64,000 bases of DNA from a virus (IMGVR_UViG_3300012940_000022:1-64000); one strand, 5' to 3'; positions 18,104 to 27,625 are shown, counted from the stretch's first letter. Notes: generated by a model not told the origin, from the letters alone. Translations and numbers: made by a program.

Positions 18104-19518
18104 AAACGCACCTTGATCTCTGTTCCGGCATTGGCGGCTTCGCGTTAGCGGCGTCGTGGGCTGGCTACACCACCATCGGATTCTGCGAGATCGACCCCTG
18201 GTGCCGCAGGGTACTTGCGAAGCACTGGCCGGGAGCACCCCACCATGACAACGTTCGAACGCTTACGGCTGCCATCGTTCGAGGATGGCTTGAATCGGCC
18301 GCTCTACGAGCCAACAATCTTGTTCCCGACCGCGACCGCGAAGGACACCGAGCGCAGCCCGGAATCGTACATGCAGATGAAGCGGTCAATGCAAGGCGGG
18401 GAACGGCGGACGATCTCGGCGCTCTCGACGGCGGTTCAGGCCGGCTCGATCTCCTTACCGGAGGATATCCCTGCCAACCATTTAGCGTCGCCGGGCGGCG
18501 ACTGGGCGCGGCGGATGACCGCCATCTCTGGCCAGCAATTGCAGCACTGGTTGCCGACGTCCGGCCGGCTCGCTGCCTGTTTGAGAACGTTGCTGGGCAT
18601 GTCACGCTGGGACTCGATGCTGTGTTGGCTGATCTGGAGTCAATCGGCTACGCCTGCCAGGCGATTGTTATTCCGGCTGCGGGCGTGGGAGCCTGGCATC
18701 GCCGCGACCGCGTCTGGATTCTTGCCGACGCCGAGTCTTCCAAGTGGCGGGAACACTGGCGAGCTTATCCCCAACAAGAACCACTTTTTACGGAAATCTG
18801 GCAAGAAGGAGCACTTGGGGCTGGATCAGGCGGTGAAACTCCTGCCGACGGCGACGGCCAACTCGGGGAATGGCGAGGGGATGCATGGCGAGGGATCGCT
18901 GAATCTTCAGACGGTGGTTTCACTGCTGCCGACGCCGACGGTCAACGACGCGAAGAGTCTGACGGCACCCTCACAAATGGAGCGCAACTCACTGCCGCTT
19001 TCAGCGGCAGTGAGAATGATGCCAACGCCCAGGGCGGAAGGATTCGACGCAAGGAGTCATTGCGGGAAACCGGATTCGCTCCACGCACTCATGAAACTGA
19101 TGCCAACACCGCAAGCGACCGATCCGAGAACGGCGTACACCAGCGAGGGCTACGGCCCGAACCTGTCGGAGGCAGTGGGGCAGAAACCGAGATCGAAGCT
19201 GAGACTCTCGGCGGCCTGGGTGACGCGGTTCATGGGGTATCCGGACGATTGGCTACTCGACCTTCCGCCCGATCCAATCATCGACTCGGCCGCCATGACG
19301 CCGGATCAGCGCGCGAAGGTGGCGGCGCACGATCTCCTCGTGATGGATGGCAACCGGCATCCCTGAATCCGTGGTCAACGCCGGAGTGGGAACGCGATCA
19401 ACCGCGCATCCTTGCCTCCGAACACGACCGGACGAAGAAATTGAAGGCGCTCGGAAACGCCATCGTCCCGCAGGTTGCCTACGAGATTTTGCGCGCCTGG
19501 GATGGTGATGCCGCATGA
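18100..19518 (+). CDS. C5-cytosine DNA methyltransferase, alpha polypeptide
   Basis: DLCSGIGG (I), GGYPCQPFS (IV), FENVAG (VI), HRRDRVWI (VIII), LKALGNAIVPQVA (X); motif IX is absent from this frame. Confidence 0.88.
   Translation: MKTHLDLCSGIGGFALAASWAGYTTIGFCEIDPWCRRVLAKHWPGAPHHDNVRTLTAAIVRGWLESAALRANNLVPDRDREGHRAQPGIVHADEAVNARRGTADDLGALDGGSGRLDLLTGGYPCQPFSVAGRRLGAADDRHLWPAIAALVADVRPARCLFENVAGHVTLGLDAVLADLESIGYACQAIVIPAAGVGAWHRRDRVWILADAESSKWREHWRAYPQQEPLFTEIWQEGALGAGSGGETPADGDGQLGEWRGDAWRGIAESSDGGFTAADADGQRREESDGTLTNGAQLTAAFSGSENDANAQGGRIRRKESLRETGFAPRTHETDANTASDRSENGVHQRGLRPEPVGGSGAETEIEAETLGGLGDAVHGVSGRLATRPSARSNHRLGRHDAGSAREGGGARSPRDGWQPASLNPWSTPEWERDQPRILASEHDRTKKLKALGNAIVPQVAYEILRAWDGDAA
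18245..19366 (+). CDS. Overprinted (+1 frame) C5-MTase beta polypeptide with LPTP repeats and motif IX
   Basis: 373-aa open frame nested in the MTase gene, GGGAG before ATG 18245; six (L/M/F)PT(P/A) repeats; RLSAAWVTRFMGYPDDW. Confidence 0.7.
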   Translation: MTTFERLRLPSFEDGLNRPLYEPTILFPTATAKDTERSPESYMQMKRSMQGGERRTISALSTAVQAGSISLPEDIPANHLASPGGDWARRMTAISGQQLQHWLPTSGRLAACLRTLLGMSRWDSMLCWLIWSQSATPARRLLFRLRAWEPGIAATASGFLPTPSLPSGGNTGELIPNKNHFLRKSGKKEHLGLDQAVKLLPTATANSGNGEGMHGEGSLNLQTVVSLLPTPTVNDAKSLTAPSQMERNSLPLSAAVRMMPTPRAEGFDARSHCGKPDSLHALMKLMPTPQATDPRTAYTSEGYGPNLSEAVGQKPRSKLRLSAAWVTRFMGYPDDWLLDLPPDPIIDSAAMTPDQRAKVAAHDLLVMDGNRHP

Positions 19519-21196
19519 GCACCCTCGAACTAGCAGCCGATCTGCACCTGCCAACCGAGGCGGTGACTCAAACGCTGGCCATACTGGCAAAAAGAGGGTC
19601 TGGTAAGACGTATACGGCTAGCGTGCTGGTCGAGGAACTTCTCGGCGCCAGCGCTCAGGTGGTGATTATTGATCCACTCGATGTGTGGTGGGGACTCCGG
19701 GTCGCAGCGGATGGCGAGGGACCAGGACTGCCGATCGTCGTCCTCGGCGGTAGCCGTGGCGACTTGCCCCTCGAAGCCGCAGCAGGCGTCATCATCGCCG
19801 ACATGGTGGTCGAGGAAGGCATCAGCTGCATCCTCTCCTTGCGCCATCTCTCAAAGACGCAACAGCGTCGCGTGGTCGCCGACTTCGCTGAACGCCTCTA
19901 CCACCGCAAGGGTGAGCCGGAGCACCGCGGCCCGCTGCACGTCGTGATCGACGAGGCCGACGCCTTCGTACCGCAACGCGTCGCTGCCGACACCGCGCGC
20001 GTCATGGGTGCCGTTGACGACTTGGTACGCCGCGGTCGCGCGAGCGGCCTGGGAGTGACGCTCATCACCCAGCGCCCGGCCGTCCTGCATAAAGACGTCT
20101 TGACCCAGATCGAGGTGCTTGTCGCCCTGCGCACGGTCAGTCCACAGGACCGGGCCGCGATCAAGGCCTGGATCGAAGGGAACGACGACGAAAACCAGGG
20201 CCCCACCGTATTGGCGTCATTAGCGTCCCTTGACATCGGCGAGGCGTGGATTTGGTCGCCCGGTTGGCTCGCATTCTCCGCCGTGTCCGTATCCGGCGAC
20301 GGCACACGTTCGACAGCAGCTCCACGCCGGCAGTCGGCGCGACGCCGCTGGCTCCGAGAGCACTCGCTTCGGTTGACCTGGCAGCGTTGCGGGTTCGTCT
20401 CGACGCGGCAGCCGATCCACCTAAAGACGATATTGCCGCCCTTCGCCGGCGCATCGCTGAGCTTGAGCTTCGGGCTCCAGCGGTGGAGGTCGTGGAAGTC
20501 TCCGTCATCAGCGATGACGCTCTTGCCCGACTGGAGCGCCTGGCGGCCCAGCTCGCCGACCTCGGGACCGAGGTGACACAGATCGGCCAGGGCATCCGCG
20601 AGCAGATCGCCAAGGTCGGGGGACCGTCACCGCGCCATGCCGCTCCTCCACGGCCGGAATCCGTTGCACCTCGCGTCACCCATGCCATCGAGCCCGCGGG
20701 AGGCCAGTTGCGAGCGGGTGAACGCCGCATGCTCGAAGCGCTCGCCCGTCGTCATCCCGCGCCGCTGACCCTGCCGCAGATCGGCGCGCTCGCCGGCCTC
20801 AGCTGGCGGGGTGGCACGTTCACGGCGTACCTCACCCGCCTCCGCGAAGACGGGCTCATTGCCAAACAGGGCGATGAATTTGCGCTGACCGAACGCGGGT
20901 TCGCTGCGATCGGTGCGGCACCGCCGTCAGCGCCTCAATCCCCGGAAGAGGCTCTGGCGATGTGGCGCCACCGCCTACCGACCGGCACCGCTCGCATGCT
21001 TGAAGTGCTGTTCGCTGCTCACCCTAACCCGGTCACTCGCGCTGAACTTGGCGAGCGCTCCGGTCTTTCCCATACCGGTGGCACGTTTGGATCCGCCCTT
21101 GGCCTTCTGCGGAAGCTGAATCTTGCTGTGGTCGACGGTCAGCGAGTGTTCGCGGGCGAAGCGCTCTTTCCCCGAGTCGGGAGCGGAAAAACATGA
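19515..21196 (+). pseudogene. HerA/FtsK-superfamily ATPase with C-terminal winged helices, split by a 1-nt frameshift near 20271
   Basis: AKRGSGKT, VVIDEAD, ITQRPA in ORF 19515. Coding continues in ORF 20246 (ILRRVRIRRRHTFDSSSTP...). The junction TGG CTC GC ATT CTC lacks one base. Confidence 0.7.
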
Positions 21197-21579
21197 ACGG
21201 AGATTTCGGACAGACGCTCAAACACCTTCGCGAATCCCGCGAGCTCTCGCAGAGCAGAGTCGCTGACCTGGCGGACTTCGATCACAGCTACGTGAGCCGG
21301 CTCGAGAGCGGCGCGCGCACGCCGACGCGGGACGCCGTCTCGCGACTCGCTGACGCATTGCGGCTCGATCCGGCAGCCACCGACGCGCTCCTGCATGCTG
21401 CCGGGTTTCTCAACGGCGACGATCCGGCGTTGCTTCACGACGACGATCTCCGCGACCTGGCGGCCGTGCTCGGCGATCCGACGTTGCCGGACGACTATCG
21501 GCGGTTGGTGCGGACCAATGTGCGCGGCCTCATCGACGGCGCTCGCTTTGTGCGGCGCGAAATGGCGGTGCCGGCATGA
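21193..21579 (+). CDS. XRE-family HTH protein
   Basis: FGQTLKHLRESRELSQSRVADLADFDHSYVSRLESGARTP. Confidence 0.88.
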   Translation: MNGDFGQTLKHLRESRELSQSRVADLADFDHSYVSRLESGARTPTRDAVSRLADALRLDPAATDALLHAAGFLNGDDPALLHDDDLRDLAAVLGDPTLPDDYRRLVRTNVRGLIDGARFVRREMAVPA

Positions 21580-21875
21580 GCATCGATATCTCGCGGCGCA
21601 CGAGCCCGGATCTGATGTTACACGCGCTCATGCTCCAGGTTGAACGACCGAACGATGTCCCACCGCCATTGATCGTTGATCGCGAGTGCGGCGCCGTGGA
21701 CTGTCTCTTCGAGTCGAGGGCCAAGCGCCTGCTGATCGTGATTCGTTCCGGCCGGATCGCCTTTCGCGGCGTGACAATCCGGAACCCCGAGCTCCACGTT
21801 GAAGGCAATCAGGCGATTGACGCTCCTCGCGACTGGCTCTGGTCGTGGTTTGTGGGCGGAGGGAGATCGGCATGA
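21576..21875 (+). CDS. Hypothetical protein
   Basis: ATGA overlaps on both sides. Confidence 0.6.
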   Translation: MSIDISRRTSPDLMLHALMLQVERPNDVPPPLIVDRECGAVDCLFESRAKRLLIVIRSGRIAFRGVTIRNPELHVEGNQAIDAPRDWLWSWFVGGGRSA

Positions 21876-22282
21876 GCATCTCCCCGTTCGGCCGCATCAG
21901 CAAACGGACCGGCAAGCCAATCGCGATCTGTGAGGGCTGCGGCTTTGCGAAGAAGGCTTGCCAGTGCCTCGAACTCGCCCTCGAGCAGCAGATTCGCTTT
22001 CACGGATTGCCCGAGCCGGTCAAGCAGTTTCGCTTCTTGCGCGGACGGCAATACCGCGCGGACTTCGCCTACCCCGACGAAAAGCTCCTGATCGAAGTTG
22101 AAGGCGGAACAAAGGGCAAAGGCGCGCACAGCACCCATGACGGCATCACCCGGGACATTGAGAAGCAAAACGCCGCAATGATGGCTGGCTATCGGGTTCT
22201 CAGGTGCACAGGCGATCAGGTCAGGGACGGCGTGTGCGTGCTCTGGATCGAGGAAGCGCTGAGTCAGGAGCAGGATCGATGA
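21872..22282 (+). CDS. PD-(D/E)XK endonuclease (DUF559/Vsr-like, possible resolvase)
   Basis: QFRF..RQYRADFAYPDEKLLIEVEGG...H...DIEKQNAA...GYRVLR. Confidence 0.8.
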   Translation: MSISPFGRISKRTGKPIAICEGCGFAKKACQCLELALEQQIRFHGLPEPVKQFRFLRGRQYRADFAYPDEKLLIEVEGGTKGKGAHSTHDGITRDIEKQNAAMMAGYRVLRCTGDQVRDGVCVLWIEEALSQEQDR

Positions 22283-22626
22283 CGCTGCCAACCGTTCATG
22301 TGACCACGTCACCGCGTGACTACGAGCAGCTGTATCACCGCTGCCTGCAGATGGGCAAGGTGCGTTACGCCGAGCCGGGCTACTTCCGCGTGAACACGCA
22401 ATTTGCCGTACTCGTCGTGGAGCGTGATCCCAATCCGCCTGATCTCCGGGAGGTGCTCTACAACCTCGCTCGCCTCGCGCTCGAAGGGAAGACCGATTCG
22501 ATCCCGGCGTACATCAATCAGCTCTGCTGGCGTTATCGCCGCGAAATGCCGGACATGTACGAGCGATTGAAGGATGTGCTGCCTCCCGTTTCGGTCCTTC
22601 GCGACAAGGAGCAGGTGCCGTCATGA
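22279..22626 (+). CDS. Hypothetical protein
   Basis: ATGA coupling; GGAG RBS. Confidence 0.6.
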   Translation: MTLPTVHVTTSPRDYEQLYHRCLQMGKVRYAEPGYFRVNTQFAVLVVERDPNPPDLREVLYNLARLALEGKTDSIPAYINQLCWRYRREMPDMYERLKDVLPPVSVLRDKEQVPS

Positions 22627-22862
22627 GCACGCCACCCCCGAACCCACGCGACGATGCGGGAAATCCGTTCGGATACGCCGACGCCGTTGAGGCGTCTCGA
22701 CTCCGATCATGTGCGAACGAGGATTGTGGCGGGCGCGGATTTACGGAATCCGAGGTGTGGTGGCACGACAGCGGTCGCCGTCACTACTGGAAGCAATTCA
22801 CTCCATGTCCAGTCTGCAATGCCGACGGCGTGAGGCCGATACCGAAGGACATTCGACGATGA
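22623..22862 (+). CDS. Small Zn-ribbon protein
   Basis: CANEDCGGRG...CPVCN. Confidence 0.6.
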   Translation: MSTPPPNPRDDAGNPFGYADAVEASRLRSCANEDCGGRGFTESEVWWHDSGRRHYWKQFTPCPVCNADGVRPIPKDIRR

Positions 22863-23074
22863 CCAATCCATTCAAGGTCGGGATGCGCGTGATTGCGATC
22901 GATGAGGCCCATGAGACCGCCGAGTTCGGAGATGGCGAGGTAATCGACATTGACGGGGATTGCGTCCTGGTCACCTTTGGCACTGATGAGGATGGAGCGG
23001 ATATCGAGTACTGGATCGACGGCCGCAAACTCGGCATCGTGAGGTGGGAGAAAGAGGAGCCGACCAATGCCTGA
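22859..23074 (+). CDS. Small SH3/KOW-like protein
   Basis: FKVGMRV...FGDGEVIDIDGDCVLVTF. Confidence 0.55.
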   Translation: MTNPFKVGMRVIAIDEAHETAEFGDGEVIDIDGDCVLVTFGTDEDGADIEYWIDGRKLGIVRWEKEEPTNA

Positions 23075-23480
23075 GCAGGAGCTGCGCGAGGTGATCGCGC
23101 GAACGATCTGGGAGAGCGATCCAGGTAATGAACTCCCCGTTGTCGGTGTCACATGGGAAGCACACCGTGACCAACAAATCGCCAACGGGAATGGACCATT
23201 GCTCTATGCGCAAGCCGATTCCGTGCTCGACGCCCTCGTCGCCCGCGTGCCCGATGGCATCCCGGCGGCGGTGGAGACGATCGATCGGGCGGAATGGGAC
23301 CAAGCCGTCCGAGAACTTCACTCAGGCATCGCTATCTTCGCCGGTGGCGTGGATGAGGATGAGATCGATGAGTTCTCGCTCATCGTTGATCCGGTTATGG
23401 ATCTCTACGCATTGGCCATGCCGTTCTTCTCGGCTGACACCGACCCCGCGCTCACTCCGGAGCCAACCGATGAGCACTGA
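23067..23480 (+). CDS. Hypothetical protein
   Basis: GAGGAG RBS; operon context. Confidence 0.6.
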   Translation: MPEQELREVIARTIWESDPGNELPVVGVTWEAHRDQQIANGNGPLLYAQADSVLDALVARVPDGIPAAVETIDRAEWDQAVRELHSGIAIFAGGVDEDEIDEFSLIVDPVMDLYALAMPFFSADTDPALTPEPTDEH

Positions 23481-24048
23481 GCAGGAGCGCGAGCTGGCGG
23501 CGGTGGCCGAGGCAATTTGGGACGACCCCAATATGACGTGGGAACAGGTGCAGGCGCATGCAACAGCAACGGGGCCGTACGCCGATGTCGATCAGGGGAT
23601 TGCCATCTCGAAGGACGAAGTCAAACGCACACTCGAAAAAGCGAAGAAGGCCATTGCCACTGTCAACGCCGTCCGGGCCGAGCAGGCGAGCGCGGGGGAC
23701 CGGGAGGCGGTGGAGCGATACGGTGCTGCCCGCGAACAAGCCGGTTATGCCGATGCCCTCAACTGTGTCTATGAGTTTGAGAAACAATCTTCTGAAGCGG
23801 ATGAAGCGGAGGACGCCGTGCTCGCCCGGATGCAGCGCCCGGTGATCGCGGTGACGGATGCGATGGTGGAGCAGGCGTTTGCGGAAATGAAGGACTGGCT
23901 CCCGCTCGGCGCCACTGTCTCTGCTCCCACAGTCAACGGCATGGCAACAGGTCCGGATAGCGAGTTCGGCAAAGCGATGATTGCCACGATGAAAGCAAAC
24001 GTGCGGGCCGCGCTCGAAGCGGCGCTGCGGCAGGAGGATAAGCAATGA
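23470..24048 (+). CDS. Hypothetical protein
   Basis: GGAG RBS before ATG 23470. Confidence 0.6.
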   Translation: MSTEQERELAAVAEAIWDDPNMTWEQVQAHATATGPYADVDQGIAISKDEVKRTLEKAKKAIATVNAVRAEQASAGDREAVERYGAAREQAGYADALNCVYEFEKQSSEADEAEDAVLARMQRPVIAVTDAMVEQAFAEMKDWLPLGATVSAPTVNGMATGPDSEFGKAMIATMKANVRAALEAALRQEDKQ

Positions 24049-24296
24049 GTGCATTTGAAACCGCGAATCGCGCCATCACCCGCATGACACCGGAGCATGG
24101 TGATGCGCCCGCCCCACCCGCTACGATCGACCGCGAGGCGTTGGTCGCGTGGTTGGATCGGCTGTGTCCGAGTATCGATAGCGAGCCGATGGACGATACC
24201 TACGACGAGGGATACGCGCAAGGCTATGCCGTGGCGATGGGGGCCGTCCGCAACTATGTGCTCGGACTGGCCCCGTCAAAGGACGGTGAGGGATGA
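24045..24296 (+). CDS. Hypothetical protein (YDEGYAQGY family, copy 1)
   Basis: ATGA coupling; paralog of 24589..24924. Confidence 0.6.
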   Translation: MSAFETANRAITRMTPEHGDAPAPPATIDREALVAWLDRLCPSIDSEPMDDTYDEGYAQGYAVAMGAVRNYVLGLAPSKDGEG

Positions 24297-24589
24297 GCGC
24301 ATTGCGGGAGCGGGTGGCGGAGGCGGTACGTGATGCCGAATCGCGGTGGGATCACCGGCAGATGATCGACTATGCCTGTCCGGGGGAACCATCTTCCATG
24401 CAAGCCGATGCCGCCATCGCCGTCGTGCTTGCGGAGATCGATGCGGAGCTGCAGCGGCGGATTGCAGCGGCGACTGAGGCATGTGCGGCAGCAGGCACGA
24501 TCCTCCAGGAGCAGCGCCATACCGGCAAGAAGATTGCCCTCGAAGGCCTGCAGCACTACATCTGCACGCTCGCGAACGGAACCGGCTGA
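24293..24589 (+). CDS. Hypothetical protein
   Basis: ATGA coupling. Confidence 0.55.
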   Translation: MSALRERVAEAVRDAESRWDHRQMIDYACPGEPSSMQADAAIAVVLAEIDAELQRRIAAATEACAAAGTILQEQRHTGKKIALEGLQHYICTLANGTG

Positions 24590-24924
24590 TGAGCGAGATG
24601 GTGATGGCTTCATCCGCTAATGTCGGGATCGACCGAACGGCACTCCAAACTTGGCTCGAATCGCTGATTGCCAACATCGATGATGAGCCGATCGATGAAT
24701 CGTATGACGAGGGCTACGCTCAAGGGTACGCGGGCGCGATAAAGGACGTTCTGCTTTACCTGCAGCGGCATACGTTGTCACCGAAGCCCGATCCGACCGA
24801 CACCGATCTCACCCGCGCTCTGACCGCATTTCAGCGCGAGCTTGCCGGTGATGGCGATCTCTACTCCTGCCTGAAGGCGGCGATCGTGGCGGCGAATACG
24901 CCATCTTCTACCGATACCGAGTAG
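24589..24924 (+). CDS. Hypothetical protein (YDEGYAQGY family, copy 2)
   Basis: TGATG coupling; IDRTALQTWLE...YDEGYAQGY. Confidence 0.6.
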   Translation: MSEMVMASSANVGIDRTALQTWLESLIANIDDEPIDESYDEGYAQGYAGAIKDVLLYLQRHTLSPKPDPTDTDLTRALTAFQRELAGDGDLYSCLKAAIVAANTPSSTDTE

Positions 24925-24966
24925 ACGCAGCTGCGATGGAATGACCGCCTCGCTTGGAGGAAAACG

Positions 24967-25437
24967 ATGCTCGAGAAACCCTGGAGAACCATCGGATCGG
25001 TGAAATTTCGCGGCCTCATGGGTGACCAACGCGAATACGCCGTGACTACGAACGACGATGAGGTGGTCATCAGTTCCAAGACCGGGCAGTGGCTCGACGG
25101 CACGGTCTGGTTGCCGCCCGGTGCCGCACTGGAGATGGCGGCATTGCTCAACCGTGCTGCGCATTCGCCCGCAGCGGTCGTCAGTACGCCACCTGAGCCG
25201 TCCATCGAGCCGGTGCCAACCGACCAACTACTCAAGGTTGAGATGCCGACCATTGTCCGCAGCATCGCGCTCACCCAATCGATCATGCGGACCGCGATCT
25301 CGGCCGGCGAAACCGCGATCGCCAATGTCTGCGACGAGTGGACCTCGCTGATGTTCTCGCTCATGGCGGCGAACGGTTTGCGAGAAGAGTATGAGCGGAC
25401 GGCGAGGAATTACGCCGCCGATCAGGGAGGGGTATGA
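24967..25437 (+). CDS. Hypothetical protein
   Basis: GGAGG RBS. Confidence 0.6.
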   Translation: MLEKPWRTIGSVKFRGLMGDQREYAVTTNDDEVVISSKTGQWLDGTVWLPPGAALEMAALLNRAAHSPAAVVSTPPEPSIEPVPTDQLLKVEMPTIVRSIALTQSIMRTAISAGETAIANVCDEWTSLMFSLMAANGLREEYERTARNYAADQGGV

Positions 25438-25440
25438 GTC

Positions 25441-25806
25441 ATGAGCTATGACATCGGTCTTTATCCGCCGCAAGTCAATGACCCTAGCGAAGAAATTATG
25501 AGTCCACTCCAAGTCGATGCGCACGAAGACGGCGGAACGTTCGTCGCTGGCGGTACGACCGATGCCTGGCTCAATGTCACCTACAACTACTCAGAGTGCT
25601 ACCGACTGTTCGAATTCAGCCTCACTGATCTCGACAGGAAGACCGCCAGTGAGACGGAGGAGCGACTCGCTGATTTGGTGGAGAAGCTGGGCACGGCAAG
25701 GTATCCAGACTACTGGGCGCCGACGCCGGGGAATGCGGGGCACGCGCTGTCGATCCTACTGGGATGGGCGCGGCAGCATCCGGATGGCGTGTGGTCGGTG
25801 AGTTAG
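25441..25806 (+). CDS. Conserved phage hypothetical protein
   Basis: MSYDI...GGT...LNVTYNY...YWAPTPGNAGHAL...A..HPDGVW motif, recurrent in phages. Confidence 0.7.
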   Translation: MSYDIGLYPPQVNDPSEEIMSPLQVDAHEDGGTFVAGGTTDAWLNVTYNYSECYRLFEFSLTDLDRKTASETEERLADLVEKLGTARYPDYWAPTPGNAGHALSILLGWARQHPDGVWSVS

Positions 25807-25834
25807 TCCGACAGATCGATGAAAGGAGTTCGAG

Positions 25835-26104
25835 ATGCTGCTCGATAACGCCGACGGGACCGTCTCGGTAAGACCGCGGCCGTCGCTTCAACTTACGATG
25901 GTCCTCGCAAACGGCGATGAGATCGTCGCCGAAGGGGACAACTGGCGAACGAAGCAACGCCCGGATGGAACGATAGTGGCAAAGCTGCGGGCGACGACAA
26001 CGACCTACTGCATCAATCACGAAGCATCGGACGCGCAAATACGCGCCCTGACTGAAACGCTGGCTCTGCATGGTGTCGCGGTCGAATACGCCTGGCGGTC
26101 ATGA
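25835..26104 (+). CDS. Hypothetical protein
   Basis: AAAGGAG RBS. Confidence 0.6.
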   Translation: MLLDNADGTVSVRPRPSLQLTMVLANGDEIVAEGDNWRTKQRPDGTIVAKLRATTTTYCINHEASDAQIRALTETLALHGVAVEYAWRS

Positions 26105-26409
26105 CTCGAGTAATGCGCAGAGTCCGCTGTTCACGGATCGCTGGCAATGCGGCAGCGTGTGAGTCGATCGACGGAACCTGGAACTGTGTCTTCCGCGACG
26201 CGGACTTCGCCGCCGTCGATATCTATCCGGCCGAGGGATTGGTGTTCGATCTGACGCTCGACTGTGAAACGTATGAACACGATGCCTTTTCGGTCGATGT
26301 TGGCGATGGGGATATTCGGACCTGGCCGGCGGGCACGGCGCGCCGCTACACGATCGTCGGCATCGAGAACGTTGCGTCGCCACCGATCGAAGAAGAAAGC
26401 GAGGCCTGA
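26101..26409 (+). CDS. Hypothetical protein (tandem paralog A)
   Basis: ATGA coupling; similar to 26414..26701. Confidence 0.6.
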   Translation: MTRVMRRVRCSRIAGNAAACESIDGTWNCVFRDADFAAVDIYPAEGLVFDLTLDCETYEHDAFSVDVGDGDIRTWPAGTARRYTIVGIENVASPPIEEESEA

Positions 26410-26413
26410 GGCC

Positions 26414-26701
26414 ATGACGGCGAATCGGCAGACCTATCGCGTCCGATGTACGCGAGTAACGAGCGACGGAGTGTTGTGCCACTCGCTTGATACCGCACAC
26501 GGCTTCTTCTATAGCCACGAGGACTTCGCAAAAGTGGATTTCCGACCGACTGAAGGCATGGAGTTTGATCTCAGCGTTGAGGAAGCCTGGGGAGAGGAGT
26601 CGATAACGGTGGGCCCGCTTAGGATGCCGATCGTCTCTGCCTATGTTGTCGGCGTCGCGAACGTCGAAATGCCGCCGACTGATCCGAGTGGACGTCGCTG
26701 A
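26414..26701 (+). CDS. Hypothetical protein (tandem paralog B)
   Basis: MTANRQTYRVRCTRV...DFAKVDFRPTEGMEFDL matches RVRCSRI...DFAAVDIYPAEGLVFDL of the preceding gene. Confidence 0.6.
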   Translation: MTANRQTYRVRCTRVTSDGVLCHSLDTAHGFFYSHEDFAKVDFRPTEGMEFDLSVEEAWGEESITVGPLRMPIVSAYVVGVANVEMPPTDPSGRR

Positions 26702-26715
26702 CGGAGCAACCGCTA

Positions 26716-26979
26716 ATGGAACAGATGGCCGCCACAACCGAACATCCGAGGCACACCCAGCGACGGCACCTTTGCCCGTCCTGCGGCCGCGTGCTCGGCA
26801 TCAACCGGCCATCGTCGAAGGGCGGCGTTTACCTCTCTGCAACCACCGATCTCATCGGACATCACCGGGACGCCCTGATCGATCCGGAGCTGTATACGCT
26901 GGAATGCCGATGCGGGACGACCTCCGAATGGCGAGGGGTCGAAGTCGTGATCGGCCGCGAGACGCGAAAGGTCGCATGA
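26716..26979 (+). CDS. Zn-ribbon protein (Mu Com-like), last gene before the late operon
   Basis: CPSCGRVLG...LECRCG; GGAG RBS. Confidence 0.6.
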   Translation: MEQMAATTEHPRHTQRRHLCPSCGRVLGINRPSSKGGVYLSATTDLIGHHRDALIDPELYTLECRCGTTSEWRGVEVVIGRETRKVA

Positions 26980-27002
26980 CGGCGACAGCGTACGTTTCGG
27001 CC

Positions 27003-27082
27003 TGGTAGAATCGACATAGCTGAAGAGTGGACGTGCGTTTTGACGTCGGTGTGTAGGACTTCCCTACTCCCGGCGTTTTTTT
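27003..27082 (+). promoter_or_regulatory. Putative late promoter followed by an intrinsic terminator-like hairpin
   Basis: TGG-TAGAAT 27003-27011; stem ACGTCGG..GTAGG/CCTAC..CCGGCGT followed by T7 (27043-27082). Confidence 0.55.
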
Positions 27083-27096
27083 GTTGTGGTGGCGAG

Positions 27097-27624
27097 ATGA
27101 CGAATACCCAGGCTTGGCAGAATCGCATCGTGGGGTACGGCGAGGAGCCGCCAGAGCAACTGCTCGCAAATCCCAGGAATTTCCGCGTGCATGAGCGGTT
27201 TCAACAGGACGCGCTCTCCGGCGTCCTGGAGAGTGTCGGCGTAGTGCAGAACGTCATCTGCAATCGCACCACCGGTCACCTCATCGACGGTCACCTTCGC
27301 GTCACGCTCGCCATGCGGGCGAACCAACCATCGATCCCAGTCACCTACGTCGAGCTGTCTCCGGAAGAAGAGGCGCTCGTGCTTGCCACCTTCGACCCGA
27401 TCACCGCACTCGCAGCCACCGATGAGGCACAGCTTCGCGATCTGCTTGCCGAAGTCGAAACCGAGGACGCGGCGATTCAGGCGCTCTTGAATGACCTCGC
27501 CAACGACGCGGGTGTTGCCTCATCTGACGATGCCGAGGCGAAGCCGAAAGCGAAAAAGGAAGCGCCGGTGGTGTTGTGCCCCGAATGTGGGCACGCGTTC
27601 GTGCCGGCCATGAATCGAGACTGA
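27097..27624 (+). CDS. ParB/Srx N-terminal-domain protein
   Basis: LLANPRNFRVH...NRTTGHLIDGHLRV; C-terminal CPECGH; typical pre-terminase gene. Confidence 0.8.
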   Translation: MTNTQAWQNRIVGYGEEPPEQLLANPRNFRVHERFQQDALSGVLESVGVVQNVICNRTTGHLIDGHLRVTLAMRANQPSIPVTYVELSPEEEALVLATFDPITALAATDEAQLRDLLAEVETEDAAIQALLNDLANDAGVASSDDAEAKPKAKKEAPVVLCPECGHAFVPAMNRD

Positions 27625-27625
27625 T

